A stretch of 64,000 nucleotides of DNA from Welwitschia mirabilis (Eukaryota): NCBI GenBank assembly GCA_051453625.1, contig JBOZIK010000001.1, positions 43,416,308 to 43,480,307 on the forward strand, read 5' to 3'. Position numbers and translations under genes: made by a program. Shown here in pieces: positions 11,515-25,871 of this stretch (within the stretch, counting starts at the first letter, position 1; each line of letters starts with the position of its first letter). The notes under the pieces were generated by a model. The model saw only the letters and a list, made by a program, of their open reading frames with translations. It did not search any database and was not told the origin of the DNA.

Positions 11515-14080
11515 TGCAGATTTGACATCTAAAATAATTTCTGCATATTTCTCCAAGGTTATTGTAAAATATTTTATAAAATTTGTAGGATTGACTTCTA
11601 CTTCTTTTTTTTGTTTCATCTATTCTAAGTCTTTAATGAGTTGGCCTATAGTTTAATTTTCTTTAGGTGTTGACCACGTTTAACTAACCTATACAATTTA
11701 TTCTAATTTTGACTAGATAGCTTCTAATGTAAGCTTTATGAGATTTGCCTTATAAGAGAAATCTACAAGTTATTTCATGTAGGGAGTAAATCCACTATAA
11801 AAATGTTCTAATTATTCTACTCTTGAAAAGGCATCTACTAGATTTGAGTAGACTGCTATAGAGAAATGTCTACAAATGAAGGAGTAATATTCATTTGGTT
11901 TTTGTTGGAAGTTTTTTATCTCTTTTTTTCTTTTTCTCATAGTTTTTTCACTCATATATCATTTTACAAAGGTTTCCAGACTTGATCCCATGTTTTTAAG
12001 CTTTTGTGTGGTATAATTTTTAGCCAAAATTTTACCCTATTTTTTAATGTCATGGGAAAGATTACCATATATGTTATATCTATTATTTTTTTCTTTCCAT
12101 TTCCTGAGGTGAGGATAATTTGTCCAATGTCTCAAATGTATTAAAGGGGATCCTTATCATTTTCTTCACTAAATGTTAGGTAGGTACATAAGTTTTTAAG
12201 CTTGACATCATCTCTTAGGGATAGGTCAAAAGATGTTTGAATTTATCTTTTCTTATTTGATAACAATTCCCTCAAGGTTAAATTTGTATTAGGGTTAGAA
12301 GATCCTATGAATTATTTTTGCTTATGAGAGGTCCTCGACATTGTAAATTAGTTCTCTTCTTCAATAGGATTTTCATTAAGAAAATATGACTCAGAAAAAA
12401 TAAATTTGAAAGAAGGTTTGAGTGCACTTGGAGGTTACTTTTCTAATTCATTTTCTATATCCACCAATTCTTTCTTAATGTTCTTTTCTATCAGTATCTT
12501 TTCTCTCAGATATCTCTTCTCTATGTTGATCATATCATAGCATCCTATAAATAGAAAATAATAGATAAAAGGTCAAAAAATAATAGACCTTCGTCCTGTC
12601 TATTATGGGGACAATAGAAGGAATGACACACATAGAAACCAAAAAAATAGAAATAGAACAAAAATAGAAAATAGAAAATGAAAAACATAGAAAATAGGTC
12701 TATCATCTACCTGATTGTCTGAACATCATAGGAGATGATAGAAGCTAATTTATTTTAAAAAAACTTACAATTCAAAAATAAAACTAAAAGTAAAAATAGC
12801 ACACTATGATCTTGACTATCATGAGGATGACAGAGGCGACAATTACAATTTTTATAGAAAACTGAAACCAAAAAAGCTAAAAATGAAATACTACACACAA
12901 AAAACCTATAGCTAACATCACCTAAATAATTAACCAAATAGAAATCTGATATACTCACCCAAATAATGAAGACCCTTTTACTCCTCAATAGAATTCCCCA
13001 GTAATGATACCAATTTTTTGCAGTGTATATTTATATAATCTTTTATATTTAAAGAAATCCTGTCATTTATAATTAAAATAGATATTCTATATAATACAAC
13101 ACACTAATATGAGTGGTTGTAAGTCCAAAATATCATATCTTATTAAAGTCTATGAGATGAGACTGATGTTGCTTTACAAATGAAACTAGGAACCAAAATA
13201 GATAATAATGCAAGAAATAAAAGTATAATAAAAAATGCAATATGTAATCTAAACTAACATGCAAACATAACTCTAACTCTACTTACTTTCAGCCTTAACA
13301 AAGGCTAATCTTGATGATTTATGTCACCCAAAAAATTATCACCAAATCAAAGACAATCATAAACCATAAGGGTAGTTAAAAAATCTAAGATAAAAACATA
13401 AAAAGAAAACTAACTTTTATATTAAAAAAGTAACAACATCTAGGTTACAAAACAGTAGGGTCTTAATGAAGGATACATAGCCCTCCACCAAGTGCACATC
13501 TTTCTGTAACACACATAGATGGATCTTCTACCCTTCGATCTCCAGTCATGATAATGTCCAATGCAGTGAAGATAAGAAGGAGAGTTGAAGAGGAACTTAT
13601 TTATAAGAAAATAAAACAAAAAGGAATAAATGATAGGTATGAAAAGGCATGCTCATTTACAACTCAAAAATGGATGAAACGGTTATAGATTACTATCAAA
13701 GTAGTTACATGTTAATTTTATCTAGGCTATCATCTGGATAACACAGGGGATGATAGTACATTATAAAATATTCTCAAAATGATAACTCAGTAATCCATAT
13801 TAGCAGTTGTCGTCCTACCTATCGTGGGATGACAGAGGGGACAATAGTCTTGTTTTATTATTTTCTTTAAGAAAACTTAGCATTTTTATCATTAATCATT
13901 CTTTAAAGATTTATTTATTATAAAGTGTCTGTAATACATCAATTTTAGATAAGAATTACACTTTTCCAAGATTTCCTCTTGTATCTCTAAAATCCTTATA
14001 ATTTCATGTAAACCTATATAAAAATCTTGCAAAACAACTCATAAAACCCCATCAAATAACCATAAATTGACAGTGCTACA
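11515..14080 (-). mobile_element. 5' part of an Athila-like element: LTR 13016-14080, PBS 12994-13012, leader, gag fragment from ATG 12533
   Basis: PBS relic TTCCCCAGTAATGATACCA; LTR ends ...CAGTGCTACA; gag homologous to 20400-21734 and 45000-46039. Confidence 0.8.
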
Positions 14081-15565
14081 CACCACATTATAAATAATGA
14101 CTCATAACGATGACTCAGCAGTGATTCAGCAATCCACATCAGCAGTTATCATCCTGCCTATTATGGAAATAATGTAGGGGATGATAGTCTTCTTTAATCA
14201 TTTTCTTGAAGAGAACTTAGCATTTTTGTCAATAATCCTTCTTCAAAGCTCTATGCATCAAAAAATTCCTTTAATACATCAAATTTAAATAAGAATCACA
14301 TATTTCTAAGGTTTTCTCTTGTATCTCCAAAATTCTTAAAATTGCATCTAAACTTATATAAATGTCCTATAAAACAACTCATAAAACACTATCAAATAAC
14401 CACAAATTGGCAGTGCAACATAGCTTTCACTTATCCTTTATTAGTCTCTGAAAAAAACAAGGTGGAAAAACTATAATTATGAGATAATTTATTTTTCAAA
14501 AGATAAATCTTGAGGTTATAAAATAGGCTTATAAAACATATCACATAGATAAATAACAAGTAATGTATAATGTGTATGCAAATTTTGAAAATTTTATCTT
14601 ATGAAAGATTTAAATTAAGTTAAATTTTTTTTGAAAATGAGCCATGAAAATGGGTCTTTGACCCCTCCCCCTAAAGAAAAAGCAATACATTTTATATTAA
14701 AAAATAAAGCAAAGAAAATAGATGGGAGTAAGAAGGTAGGTAAAAGAGGACAACTTTCCAAAATAAAGTGCAAAGCTAAGTAATGTCAGAATTGAAAAAT
14801 ATAGAGATATGAAATATTCTGATAGGTAAAGAAAATAGTGGATAAAAGATGTTTTATTTGAAAAAGATGAGAAGAAGAGTCAAAAGGGTCTTATTTATAA
14901 GAAAATACGACAAAAATGAACAGATAGGAGGTGTACTTATGTGCATTCATTAAGAACTTAAAAATAAATGAAACAGCTGAGAGAATTTGTCAGTGACAGT
15001 TACATGTGATGACATGGGGGAGGACAGACTATTACAAAATATCTTCAAAATGATGACTCAATAGTCCATGTAAGCAGTCATCATCCTACCTGTCATGTGG
15101 ATGACAAAGGGGATGATAATCTTGTTTTAGAAGAAACTTAGCAGTTCTATCATGAAAAGCTCTATTTTTCCAAAAGTGCCTTTTAATGCATCAAATTTGA
15201 ATAATAACTACACTTTTCCAGGATTTCCTCTTGTATCTCCAAAATCCTCAGAATTGCACCTAAACCTATATAAAAGTCTTATAAAATAACTTATAAAACC
15301 CATTAAATAACATAAATTAGTAGTGCAACATAGCCCTCCACTTAGCCTTTATCAGTCCTTAACAAAAACCAGGTAGAGAAACCATAATTATGAGCTAATT
15401 TATTTTTCAAAAGATAATCTAAAAATCATCATAATAGGCTCATAAAAATACATCATATAGATAAGTAATGCACAATGTGTATGAAAAATTTAAAACTTTT
15501 ATGTCATAAAAGCATTAAAAATTTTGAAAATGAGCCATGCAAATGGGTATCTACCCCTTTCAAAT
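14081..15565 (-). mobile_element. Two successive partial LTR + PPT + 3'-internal units (LTR ends at 14420 and 15330)
   Basis: ...GTGCAACA followed by TAGC(T/C)..CACTTA PPT relics at 14421 and 15331; downstream sequence homologous to 16395-16850. Confidence 0.75.
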
Positions 15566-18500
15566 NNNNNNNNNNNNNNNNNNNNNNNNNNNNNNNNNNN
15601 NNNNNNNNNNNNNNNNNNNNNNNNNNNNNNNNNNNNNNNNNNNNNNNNNNNNNNNNNNNNNNNNNCAACATAGACTATAAGGGAAATTAGAAGATTCACA
15701 ATGAAAGAATGAAAAGAAAATAAGATTTTATATTAAAAGAGTAACATTCATCTAGGTTAAAATTTAGCCAAGTCTTAATGAAAGGTACATAGCCCTCCAC
15801 CAAGTGCATGTCTTCTGCAACACATGCAGATGGATCTTCTGCCCTTTGATCTTATGTCATAAGATTTTCCAGTGCAATCAAGATGATAAGAAGAGTCAAA
15901 TTAGGATTTATTTATAAGGAAATACAGTAGATAAGGACAGACATTTGGTGCAGTTAGGCATGCTTATCAATGACTCAGAAATGAATTTAACCTTCAAGGA
16001 AATCTTGTCTAAGTCAATTAGATAAGAGTGTCATCTGGCTATCATTCGAATAAGTATGGGGATGATAGTACATTATAGAATATTCCTGAAATGCTGACTT
16101 AGCAATCCACATTGGCAAAGTGTCATCCTACCTATCATGGAGACGACGAAGGGGACGAGGGTTTTCTTTAATTATTTTCTTGAGAAGAAACCCGCATTTT
16201 TATCAATAACCCTTCTTCAAAGATCTGTACATCAGAAAGTGCCTTTAATTCATAAAATATGAATAAGAATTGTACTTTTCTAATATTTCTTATTGTATCT
16301 CCAAAATCCTCAAAATTGTACCTAAACCTGTGTAAAATCCTTGCAAAACAACTCATAAAACCCCATCAAATAACCATAAATTAGTAGTGCAACATAGCCA
16401 CCCACTTAGCTTTTGTCAGTTCATAATAAAAACCAAGTGAAAAAACCATAATTGCGAGCCAATTTATTTTTCAAAAGATAACTCTGGAAATCATAAAACA
16501 GGCTCATAAAAACATATCACATGAATAGATAACAAGTAATGCATAATGTGTATGAAAATTTTAAAAAATTTTATTTCATAAAAGCTCTAAATTAAGTTAA
16601 AATTTTTTGAAAAATGAGCCATGAAAATGGGTCTCTTCCCCTCCAAAGAAAAAGAACTATGTCTCGTATTAGAAAATAAAGCAAAGAAAATATACAAGAA
16701 TGTGAAGGTAAGTAAAAGATAATGAGGATAACTTTAAAAACAAAGTGCAAAATTGAGTAATATCATATTTTAAAAATATAGAGATATTAAATGTTCTAAC
16801 AAGAAAAGAAAACGTGGACAATAAAAATGTTTCATCACAAAAAAAACATAAGAAGCACTTACAACATCAAAAATATGAAGAAATAAAGCACAAATTTATT
16901 GAAAAACTCAAAAAAATAACTTTTATTGAAAACTGAAAATTGAAAAAGACAAACATGATAAGAAAATTTGAAAAAAATAAAACACAAATTTATTGAGAAA
17001 AGAACATGAGCCATGAAAAAGAACATGAGTAGCACTTACAACTCCAAAAATCTGAAGAAAATAAAACATAAATTTATTGAGAAAAAGACTTATCTAAGCA
17101 ACATACCATCTTTTATTGAAAACTTTAAACAAATAAAATATGCTAAGAAAATATGGTAATGACTTTGAAATAACTAACCAAACCACAAAAGTAGACAAGA
17201 AGAATGGGCATAAGATAATATAAACAAAAGATAGCTTATCACTCTAACATTTCAACCTAGTAATTTCCAATGAAGGTAATCACAACATAATTTGAAGTAA
17301 AAAATGAATAACTTAATGTACAAAACTTCTCTTTAATAAGGCAGTGATTATCATGATGATAGAGTAAAATGCTTTAAAGAATGAATGATCAAACCCAAGA
17401 ATTGTTCAAAAATAAACTCTTCTGTAATCATCTCAAAATAAACACCTAAATATCAAGAAATGAAATAACCATGTGGAAATACTAAGATTCTAGAAAATAA
17501 GTAATGCCTTTGATGACACTAAAAACACCATTGATCCCATAGCCTTAAAGTTTAAATACAATTTATTACCTATAATAAGGGGAGTGCAACCACTATCAGA
17601 GAAGTAAGTACCCATAAAGCATGGCCAACTGACCTCCCAGTGGAGTTTCAACAGCTACCATATTACACTGCTAAATGATCCTCACAAAAATATTTTCCAT
17701 GGTGTACTTGTGGTAGAACATCATGGTGACCATGTTTTTGAGATAATAAGTTTAAAACATCATGGTTTTTATTTACTTGTATTTTTTTAAAATAAATAAA
17801 AACAACATTTCATATGATTAAACACTCTAAAAGACACAGATGAAAGTCAAAAGATTAGGATAAAAAAGAACATTCTTGAATAATCTAAAACTCTTTCACC
17901 ATTGAGAAAAGCATAAAAAAGAAATCATCTTCCTTTAATTGAAGTTTATGAATGTGTGAATGTCATAAGATTGGATGAATTCAATCTTACTACTAAAGTG
18001 CCTAAGTCAAAAGACTAGTCATAAAAATAAATACATAAGTTAAGTTTGAAAGACGATCAAGTAATGCCATAATAATCTTTTAAAGAAAAAGGCTAAGAGA
18101 AAATTCAGAAGAATTGCTAATGAAATTCTATTTTTGCCCAATTACTTCCTGCAATCCTTAAGTAGTCAAGTCAGAAATCTTAACAAAGCCATAAAAATGT
18201 ATTTTTAAAAAATAACAGAAAGAAAAAATTAACATTTTATTAATAGCCATCCTGCTTATCATCCAAATGATAGAGAGGATGACATATATAGAAAAAATAA
18301 ACAGAACACAAAAAATTAACAAAAAAATAGAAAAACTAAAAAAAGTGACTGTCATTCACCTTGTCATGGGGATGATAGATGAGACATTTAATTATTCTTG
18401 TAAAAGCAGAAAATCCAAAACTACAAATAGAAAAAATAGAAATTAGAAAATAAAAATAGAGACTCTGAAAATAGAAAATAGAAAACAATAAAGCAAAAAA

Positions 18501-18957
18501 ACTTTTATTTAAATCTAAATCTAAAAGCACACTTTTATTGAAAAGAAATAAAGGAAAAATCAAGGATATATTATGGTCTCAAGTTTTTAGAGAAGTAAGG
18601 TCCAAACTAGAAATTTACTAATTTCTAAAACATAAGAGATATGCAATTATTTTTATGTAAAATTAATTGGATGCAAAGTGGAGAAATGGAGATTACTTTA
18701 TGATGCCATATCAAAGTATAGATTTTAGAAGTCAAAGGAAAGAGAAAAGGTAACTTGGGTGAAAGATTTTCATGAAATGCAAGAGGAAGATTACAAAAAA
18801 AATTACCTTTATATCCCTTGAAAATATTTTTCTTTTTTAAATTTATTTTATGATTTTTACTTTTTAGCTTATGAAGTGGATAATCTCCCTTATGATTTTT
18901 CTTCACAATTTGGACTTTCTCATACTCACAAGGTTTCTTTTCTTCTTTAATATTAAG

Positions 18958-19518
18958 TTAATCATCATAAAGCACATGCTCACTTGGTTTCATCTCTCTT
19001 GCTTTAAGTGGATGATGTTGCAAAAATAAAGTAGGTTTGACATTCTCATCAATGTTTATATTATCATCACCTAAATGTTTTTCAGCTATATCAAAGACTT
19101 TAATCATGAAAGTTCTATTACCAAAATAACATTTTATTGTTCCTTTTCTTGTGTCAATGATGTAGTGAACTATTACACAAAAGGCTCTACCTAGAAGTAA
19201 AGGATACCCTTTATCATGCTCAACTTCTATGATAATCACATCAATGGGGTAGCAAGCCTCTTCTATTTGAATTTCCAAATCTTTAATAATGGCTAATGGT
19301 TCCCTTATTAATGTATCTGCTAATTCTAAGATAACTAAAGTAGGCTCTATTCTATCTTCCAAACCAAGCCTCTTACAAATGTAAAGTGGCATAAGGTTAA
19401 CACTTATTCCAATGTCAATCAATGCTTTTTCTATCTTTTTATTTCCCCCTACTGTAACATTTACTATTGCGCCTCCTAGGTCTTTAAATTTTGGTGATTT
19501 TGGTAACAATAAGTTCAT
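18958..19518 (-). pseudogene. Gypsy aspartic protease domain (open 186-codon remnant)
   Basis: PKFKDLG...KALIDIGISVNLMPL...LELAD...PLLLGRAF, matching the Athila-type DLGASVNLMP and ILGRPF motifs. Confidence 0.85.
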
Positions 19519-19519
19519 G

Positions 19520-21734
19520 AGGGATTAGGAAAGAAAGACCTTACTAAGAATGACTCGTTTTTGTTTTCTTCTAATTAAGTTTTTTTATAGTTTTGCATAC
19601 CATGAATTTTCTTGTAAAAATTTTCATAAAAGGAAGACTTATGCTCAAATTCTTCATAAAAGCTTTAAGATGATCACTAAAAGTTGAATCATTATTAAGC
19701 CTATTAAGCCAAGGGGTACAAGAACTTTTCTTTTTCTTCTTACTAAGAGAATGAAAGTTGTAATCATCAAAAATATTAATGTCCTCTTCCTCTTCTTCTT
19801 CATTGTTGTGAGATGTGGAGGGTTCACATGGAGGAGGTTTTATTTCTTATCCACTTCTTATCACAACCTTGCAATCTCTTCTTAGCTCATTTGAGTTGGA
19901 TAAAGGTTGGGCAGGTAAAGTCCCTTAAGGTCTTTAGTTTACTAGCAATGTTTGTTGAAGGAAATTTACCAAGTTATCTATTTTGGTATTGGTTGCTCTT
20001 GTGTTATTTTCATTTCATTTAAACATTTTGCAAGTTAATCATTTAAATTTTAAAAGTTAAATTAACTTGATTGGTAATATGTATTTTCATGTCAGTTTCT
20101 AAAAGCTTGAGGATTGCTTTGAAAATATGTGTTTAATCTAGGTTGTGCTTGATTTTGATTTTGGAAGTTTTGAGATGGTTGATTAAAAGTAGAAACTTAC
20201 TCACAAATTCTTTTCTTATAAGTTGGTAGAAGAGGATAATTTTTGATGAAATGATAGTTGTCCTTACATAAATCAAATGTTTGCATAACATTCTTTAAGT
20301 GGAATTTTTAGCATCTAAAATCATTTCTATATAATTCTCTATGGTTATTGTAAATTCCTTCATAGGATTTATAGGGTTGTCTTCTAACTCTTTTTACTTC
20401 ACCTATTTTAAATCCTTAATAAGTTTTCCTATTATTTGATTTTCTTTAGGTGTTGAACATGTTTTACTAACCTCCATAGGTTTCTATAGTTTTGTCCATC
20501 CATCATCTAAAGTAAAGTTCATGACATTTCCTTCATAATAAAAATCTACAAGTTATTTTATTTATGAAGTTAACCCACTATAAAAGTAGTTTAGTTTTTC
20601 TATACTTGAAAAAGCATCTACTANNNNNNNNNNNNNNNNNNNNNNNNNNNNNNNNNNNNNNNNNNNNNNNNNNNNNNNNNNNNNNNNNNNNNNNNNNNNN
20701 NNNNNNNNNNNNNNNNNNNNNNNNNNNNNNNNNNNNNNNNNNNNNNNNNNNNNNNNNNNNNNNNNNNNNNNNNNNNNNNNNNNNNNNNNNNNNNNNNNNN
20801 NNNNNNNNNNNNNNNNNNNNNNNNNNNNNNNNNNNNNNNNNNNNNNNNNNNNNNNNNNNNNNNNNNNNNNNNNNNNNNNNNNNNNNNNNNNNNNNNNNNN
20901 NNNNNNNNNNNNNNNNNNNNNNNNNNNNNNNNNNNNNNNNNNNNNNNNNNNNNNNNNNNNNNNNTACAAGTTGTTTTTTGTTGGGATTTAAATCCACTAT
21001 AAAAGTAGTTTAGTTGTTCTACTTTTGAAAAAGCATCTGCTGGATTAGAGTGGACTACTATAAAGAAATGCTCATATGTGGAGGCATAGTTTTCATTCTA
21101 TTTTTGTTGAAAGTTTGTTACCTTCCTTTTTCTTTTTCTTATCATTTCTTCATTCATGATTCTTTTTTATAAATATTTCTTGGACTTAATCCCATGTTTT
21201 TAGGATTTTTTGGGGTAATGTTTTTAGCCAAAGTTTTACTCTACTTTTTAAAGTCATGGGAAAGATCATCATATAAGTTCTATCTATTATTTTTTTCTTA
21301 CCATTTCCTGAGGTAAGGATAAGTTATTCAATGTCTCCAATATGTTTAATGGAATCCTAATCCTATTATCCACTAAAATTTGGTAAACATGTAAATTTTT
21401 AAGCTCTACATCATTTCTCTGTGGTAGGTCAAATAGTGTTTGAATTTCTCTATGTTTATTGGCTAATAATTCTCTAAGGGTGAGGTTGGCATTGGGGGTA
21501 GAAGATCCTACTACTTATTTTTGTTTACTAGAAGCAATCAACATTATAGGTTAGTTATCCTTCTATAGGTTTTTTGTTAAAGAAGTTAGATTCAGAAAAA
21601 ATAAATTTGGAAGGAGGATTGAGTGCACCTGAGGATTGTTCTTTTGACTCTTTTTTTATGTTTATCATTCCTTCTTTAAGGTTCTATTCTATCAGCTTAT
21701 TTTCTCTAAGATATTTCATCTCTAAGTTGACCAT
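19520..21734 (-). pseudogene. gag: Athila-like gag (decayed, spans an N-gap)
   Basis: ATG at 21734; MIFPMTLKSRVKLWLK and NYFYSGL retrotransposon-gag motifs. Confidence 0.7.
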
Positions 21735-23259
21735 ATCACAACATCTTGCAAATATAAAATAATAGAAAATAGATAAGAAAATAACAAACTGTCATCATGT
21801 CTGTCATTTGGATGACAGAAGAGACGCTTCACGTAGAGGACAATAAAACAGAAATAGAACTGAAACTAAAGTAGAAAATACAGAAGATAGAACTATCATT
21901 ATTATGGTCATCTAGATATCATAGGAGATGATAGAGACTAATTTATTACAAAAAAAATCACAATAAAAAAATAAACTAAAAACCAAAAATACACACTATT
22001 GTCCTGACTGTCATGGTGACGACAAAGGGGACAACTACATTTTTTAATAGAAAATCTAAATCTAAAGAACTGAAGCTAAAATGTAGCATACAAAAAACCT
22101 AAATATCCTAATAAAATACAATGCTTTATAGACAGATAACCAGAATATGCATCTAAATTAAGATAACCCTTGTATTCCTCGATAGCCTTCCCCAATGATG
22201 ATGCTAATTTATAGTGGTATGTATTTATGCGTGCTTTTGTGTTTAAATATATATTCTCATTAGTAATCAAAATAGATATTTATAGATAATACATCATGCT
22301 AATATAATGGAAGTGACCCAAAATGTTGTATCTTATTGAGTTTTAACTGTAAGAGACTCAAGTTGCTTTTGGAATTAAATAGGAATCAGAAATAATAAAT
22401 AATAATATAAGGAAACAAACCACCATGTAAAGTGAAATATGCAATTTAAACTAACATGCAATGCAAATAACCCTAACCTTACTTATTTTAAGCCTTAACA
22501 AAGGCTTCCCTTGATAATTTATATCACGCAAGAAATTGTCATGAGATCTTGGGTAACATTAAACTATAAGGAACATAAGAATTCCTACAATGCAAACATA
22601 AAATAAAACCAAGATTTATATTAAAATGCTAATAATATCTAGATTACAAAATAGTCAGATCTCAATGAAAGATACTCAACCCTCCACCAAGTGCTCATCC
22701 TTCTACAACTCATAAGATAGGTCTTCTACCATTTGCTCTCCTGTCACAAGAATCTTTGGTGCATTGAAGATGAGAAGAAGAGCCAAAGGGGGCCTTATTT
22801 ATAGAAAAATACAATAGAAACAGATATACAGAAGGTGCAGTTATGCATGCTTATTAATAACTTGGAAACGAATGAAATAACTAAGAGAATCTATTAGTGA
22901 TAGTTACATATCAGTGTTGTCCCATCTGTTGTCCAAATGACATGGGGGATTATAGACTATTATAAAATATCTTCAAAATGATAACTTAGTAGTCCATGTA
23001 AGCAATCGTTATCCTACCTGTCGTGTGAATGATAGAGGGTACAATGGTTTTCTTTTAGGAGAAACTTAGTAATACTGTCATGAAAAGCTCTATTCATTAG
23101 AAAGTTTCTTTTAATGCATCAAATTTAATTAATAAGTGCACTTTTCCAAGATTTTCTCATATATCTCCAAAATCCCCAAAATGACACCTAAACCTATATA
23201 AAAGTCCTACAAAACAACTCATAAAATCTATTAAATAACTATAAATTAGTAGCACAACG

Positions 23260-25871
23260 TTGAGCCTCTAGCATTGATGGAACCCTTTAATCCTTAAAAA
23301 ATATCTGAAAGTTTGGAATATGATCTAAAATTTTAATGTCATCATCTTCTTCTTCTTTATTATTCTTATCATATTATTTCATGTTATTGTTTCCGTTAGG
23401 AGGAAAAATGTAATTATCATTTCTATAATAGATTTAGTAATTTTTAGAGTATTCATGAATGAATTCTTTATTTAATGAATTATTTTCAAATACATTAACA
23501 TCATCATCTAAATAGCCATCCTTATCTTCATTATTAAAAAATATAGTTGAATTGTCATTGTCTCCCATTTTTTCATCTCCTAATGAGTAGAATCATGAAG
23601 TTTAATCTAAAATCTTATTCTTAACTTAGAAGAATCATAATCATTCATTTTTAAGTTATTTCTATTTTTCTCAAGGTAAGATGTAGAAGGATACATTTGA
23701 GGATTTAGAAGAGATCCTTTATTTTATAGAATATTTTTTTTGAAAGATTTTAATTAATTTTTTTAGTCCTTTATTGGTATTTTTTATGTTTTTACATAGT
23801 TCATTCATCATTTCTTTTCTTGGATCCTTTTCTTCTTCATAGTAGTTCATGGGAGATGGATGGGATGGGTAAAAATGATTGTATAAGGTTGAATCTCTAA
23901 GATTTTCATTATTATTCCCATATGGGTTTTAAAAAGAAAAATAGGGATAATAAGATTATTAAAAGAGGATTGGAACTAAATTCTATTCTCAACATTATTT
24001 TGTATTGATCTCTCTTTTTCAGCAAAAATTTCTTGAAGTGTTTTACTATTATTATCCTTAGATTTGTTTTTACACCTTTCAATAAGAATTTTTATACAGG
24101 TTCTTCTATCGCTATTCATTTTTAAGAAGAACGAAAAGAAGAGACTCTTAGTTTAAGATGAAGGTAGGTGCATAAAGATGATCAAGTTTTAAAAATAAAA
24201 TGAGCTTAGAAAAAATAAAGTATGCACTTGGATTTGGTGTTCCTATTCTTCTTTAATACTTTTTTCTATCACTAGTCCCTTTTTTCTAATAAGCCTTGTT
24301 CTGGACTAAACTTATCACAGTTCCTGCAAACAAAGAATAATAAAAAATTAATTAAAAAATAACAAATCATCATCTTATCTATCATGGGGATGATATAAGG
24401 GATGACACATATAGAAACTAGAAAAATAGAAATAGAACCAAATCCAAAAATAGAAAATAGAAAACTCAGAGAATAGGACTATCATCCTCCTAGTCGTTTG
24501 GATGTCATAGGAGATGATAGAAATTAATTTATTTCAGAAAAAATTGTAATCCAAAAATATATTTAAAAAAAATAGTGCACACTATCATTCTCTTTTTTCA
24601 TGAGAATGATAGAGGAAATGATCACAAATTTTTATCAAAAACTGAAACCAAAAAACCAAAACTGAAATACTACACATAGAAAATCTATGGCTCCTAATAA
24701 AATACAACATCACATAGATAAATAACCAAATAGAGGTTCAATACACTTATTCAAATGATGACAACCCTTATACTCATTAATATCCTTTCCCAGTAATGGT
24801 ACTAATTTGTTGTAGTATGTATTTGTACAAGTTGTTACATCCGAAAAGATTCTATCATTTATAAAATAAATAGATATCTTACATAATACATCATACTAGT
24901 ATGAGTGAAAGTAAACCTGAAATGTTGTATTCATGTTGAAGTCTATGAGACGAGACTCGAATTACTTTACAAAAGAATAAAGTAACTAGAAATAAAGAAC
25001 AATGCAAGAAATAAAAGATACAATGCCAATACAAGATGAAATCTAATCTAACATATAATACAAAATGAAATAAATACTCCTTACTTTTAGCCTTAATAAA
25101 ATTACCCTTGATAATCTATATCATCCAAGAAATTAGCATTAGAATAAGGGTAATATAGAGTATAAGGGTTATTAAAAAATCTATAATGTAAATATAAAAA
25201 TAAAACAAGGTTTATATTAAGAAAGAGTAATAATCATCTTAGTTACAAAATAGATGGTTCTCAATAGAGGATACACAATCCTTCACCAAGTGCATGTCTT
25301 TCTATAACATTCAAGATGGATCTCCTGCCACGAGAATTTATGATGCATTGAAGATGATAAAAAGAGTTGAAGAGGGGTTAATTTATAATAACTCATAGTA
25401 AAAAAAGATAAATGGTAGGTATAGCTAGGCATTCTCATAAATGAAATGGATGAAATAATCAAAGATCGCTATCAGAGTTGATTACATATCAGTGTTATCT
25501 TAACTATCATTCGAATGACAATGGGAATGATAACACACTATAAAAGATGACTCAGAATGATGACTCAATAATGATTTAATAGTCCACATCAGCAATTGTT
25601 GTTCTACCTGTTGTGGGAATGACGGAGGAGATGACAACCTTCTTTAATCATCATCTTAAGGAGAAACCTAACATTTTTGTCAATAATCCTTTTCCAAAGC
25701 TTTGTATATCAAAATGTGCCTTTAATACATCAAATCTGGGTAAAAATCACACATTTTTGAGATTTCCTCTTATATCTCCAAAATCCTCATAATTGCATCT
25801 AAACTTGTATAAAATTCCTATAAAATAACTCAGAAAACCCCATCAAATAACTATAAATTAGTAATGTAACA
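23260..25871 (-). mobile_element. Athila-like 5' portion: LTR 24808-25871, PBS ~24787-24805, leader, then a variant capsid-less internal ORF relic
   Basis: TGTTGTAG...ATGTAACA termini; TTCCCAGTAATGGTACTA PBS relic; leader collinear with 12545-12990. Confidence 0.75.

Larger units (their letters stand above)
15666..23259 (-). mobile_element. Athila-like element carrying gag+protease only: 5' LTR 22210-23259, PBS ~22188-22206, 3' LTR remnant 15666-16394, PPT 16395-16410
   Basis: LTR termini, PBS/PPT relics, gag and PR homology; no RT/RH/IN motifs between PR and the 3' region; may be chimeric across gap 20624-20964. Confidence 0.7.

Noticed and set aside
16854..17130. Short imperfect repeats (AAATAAA.CACAAATTTATTGA x3) as a separate element
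   Set aside because: Ordinary local duplications within the Athila 3' non-coding region
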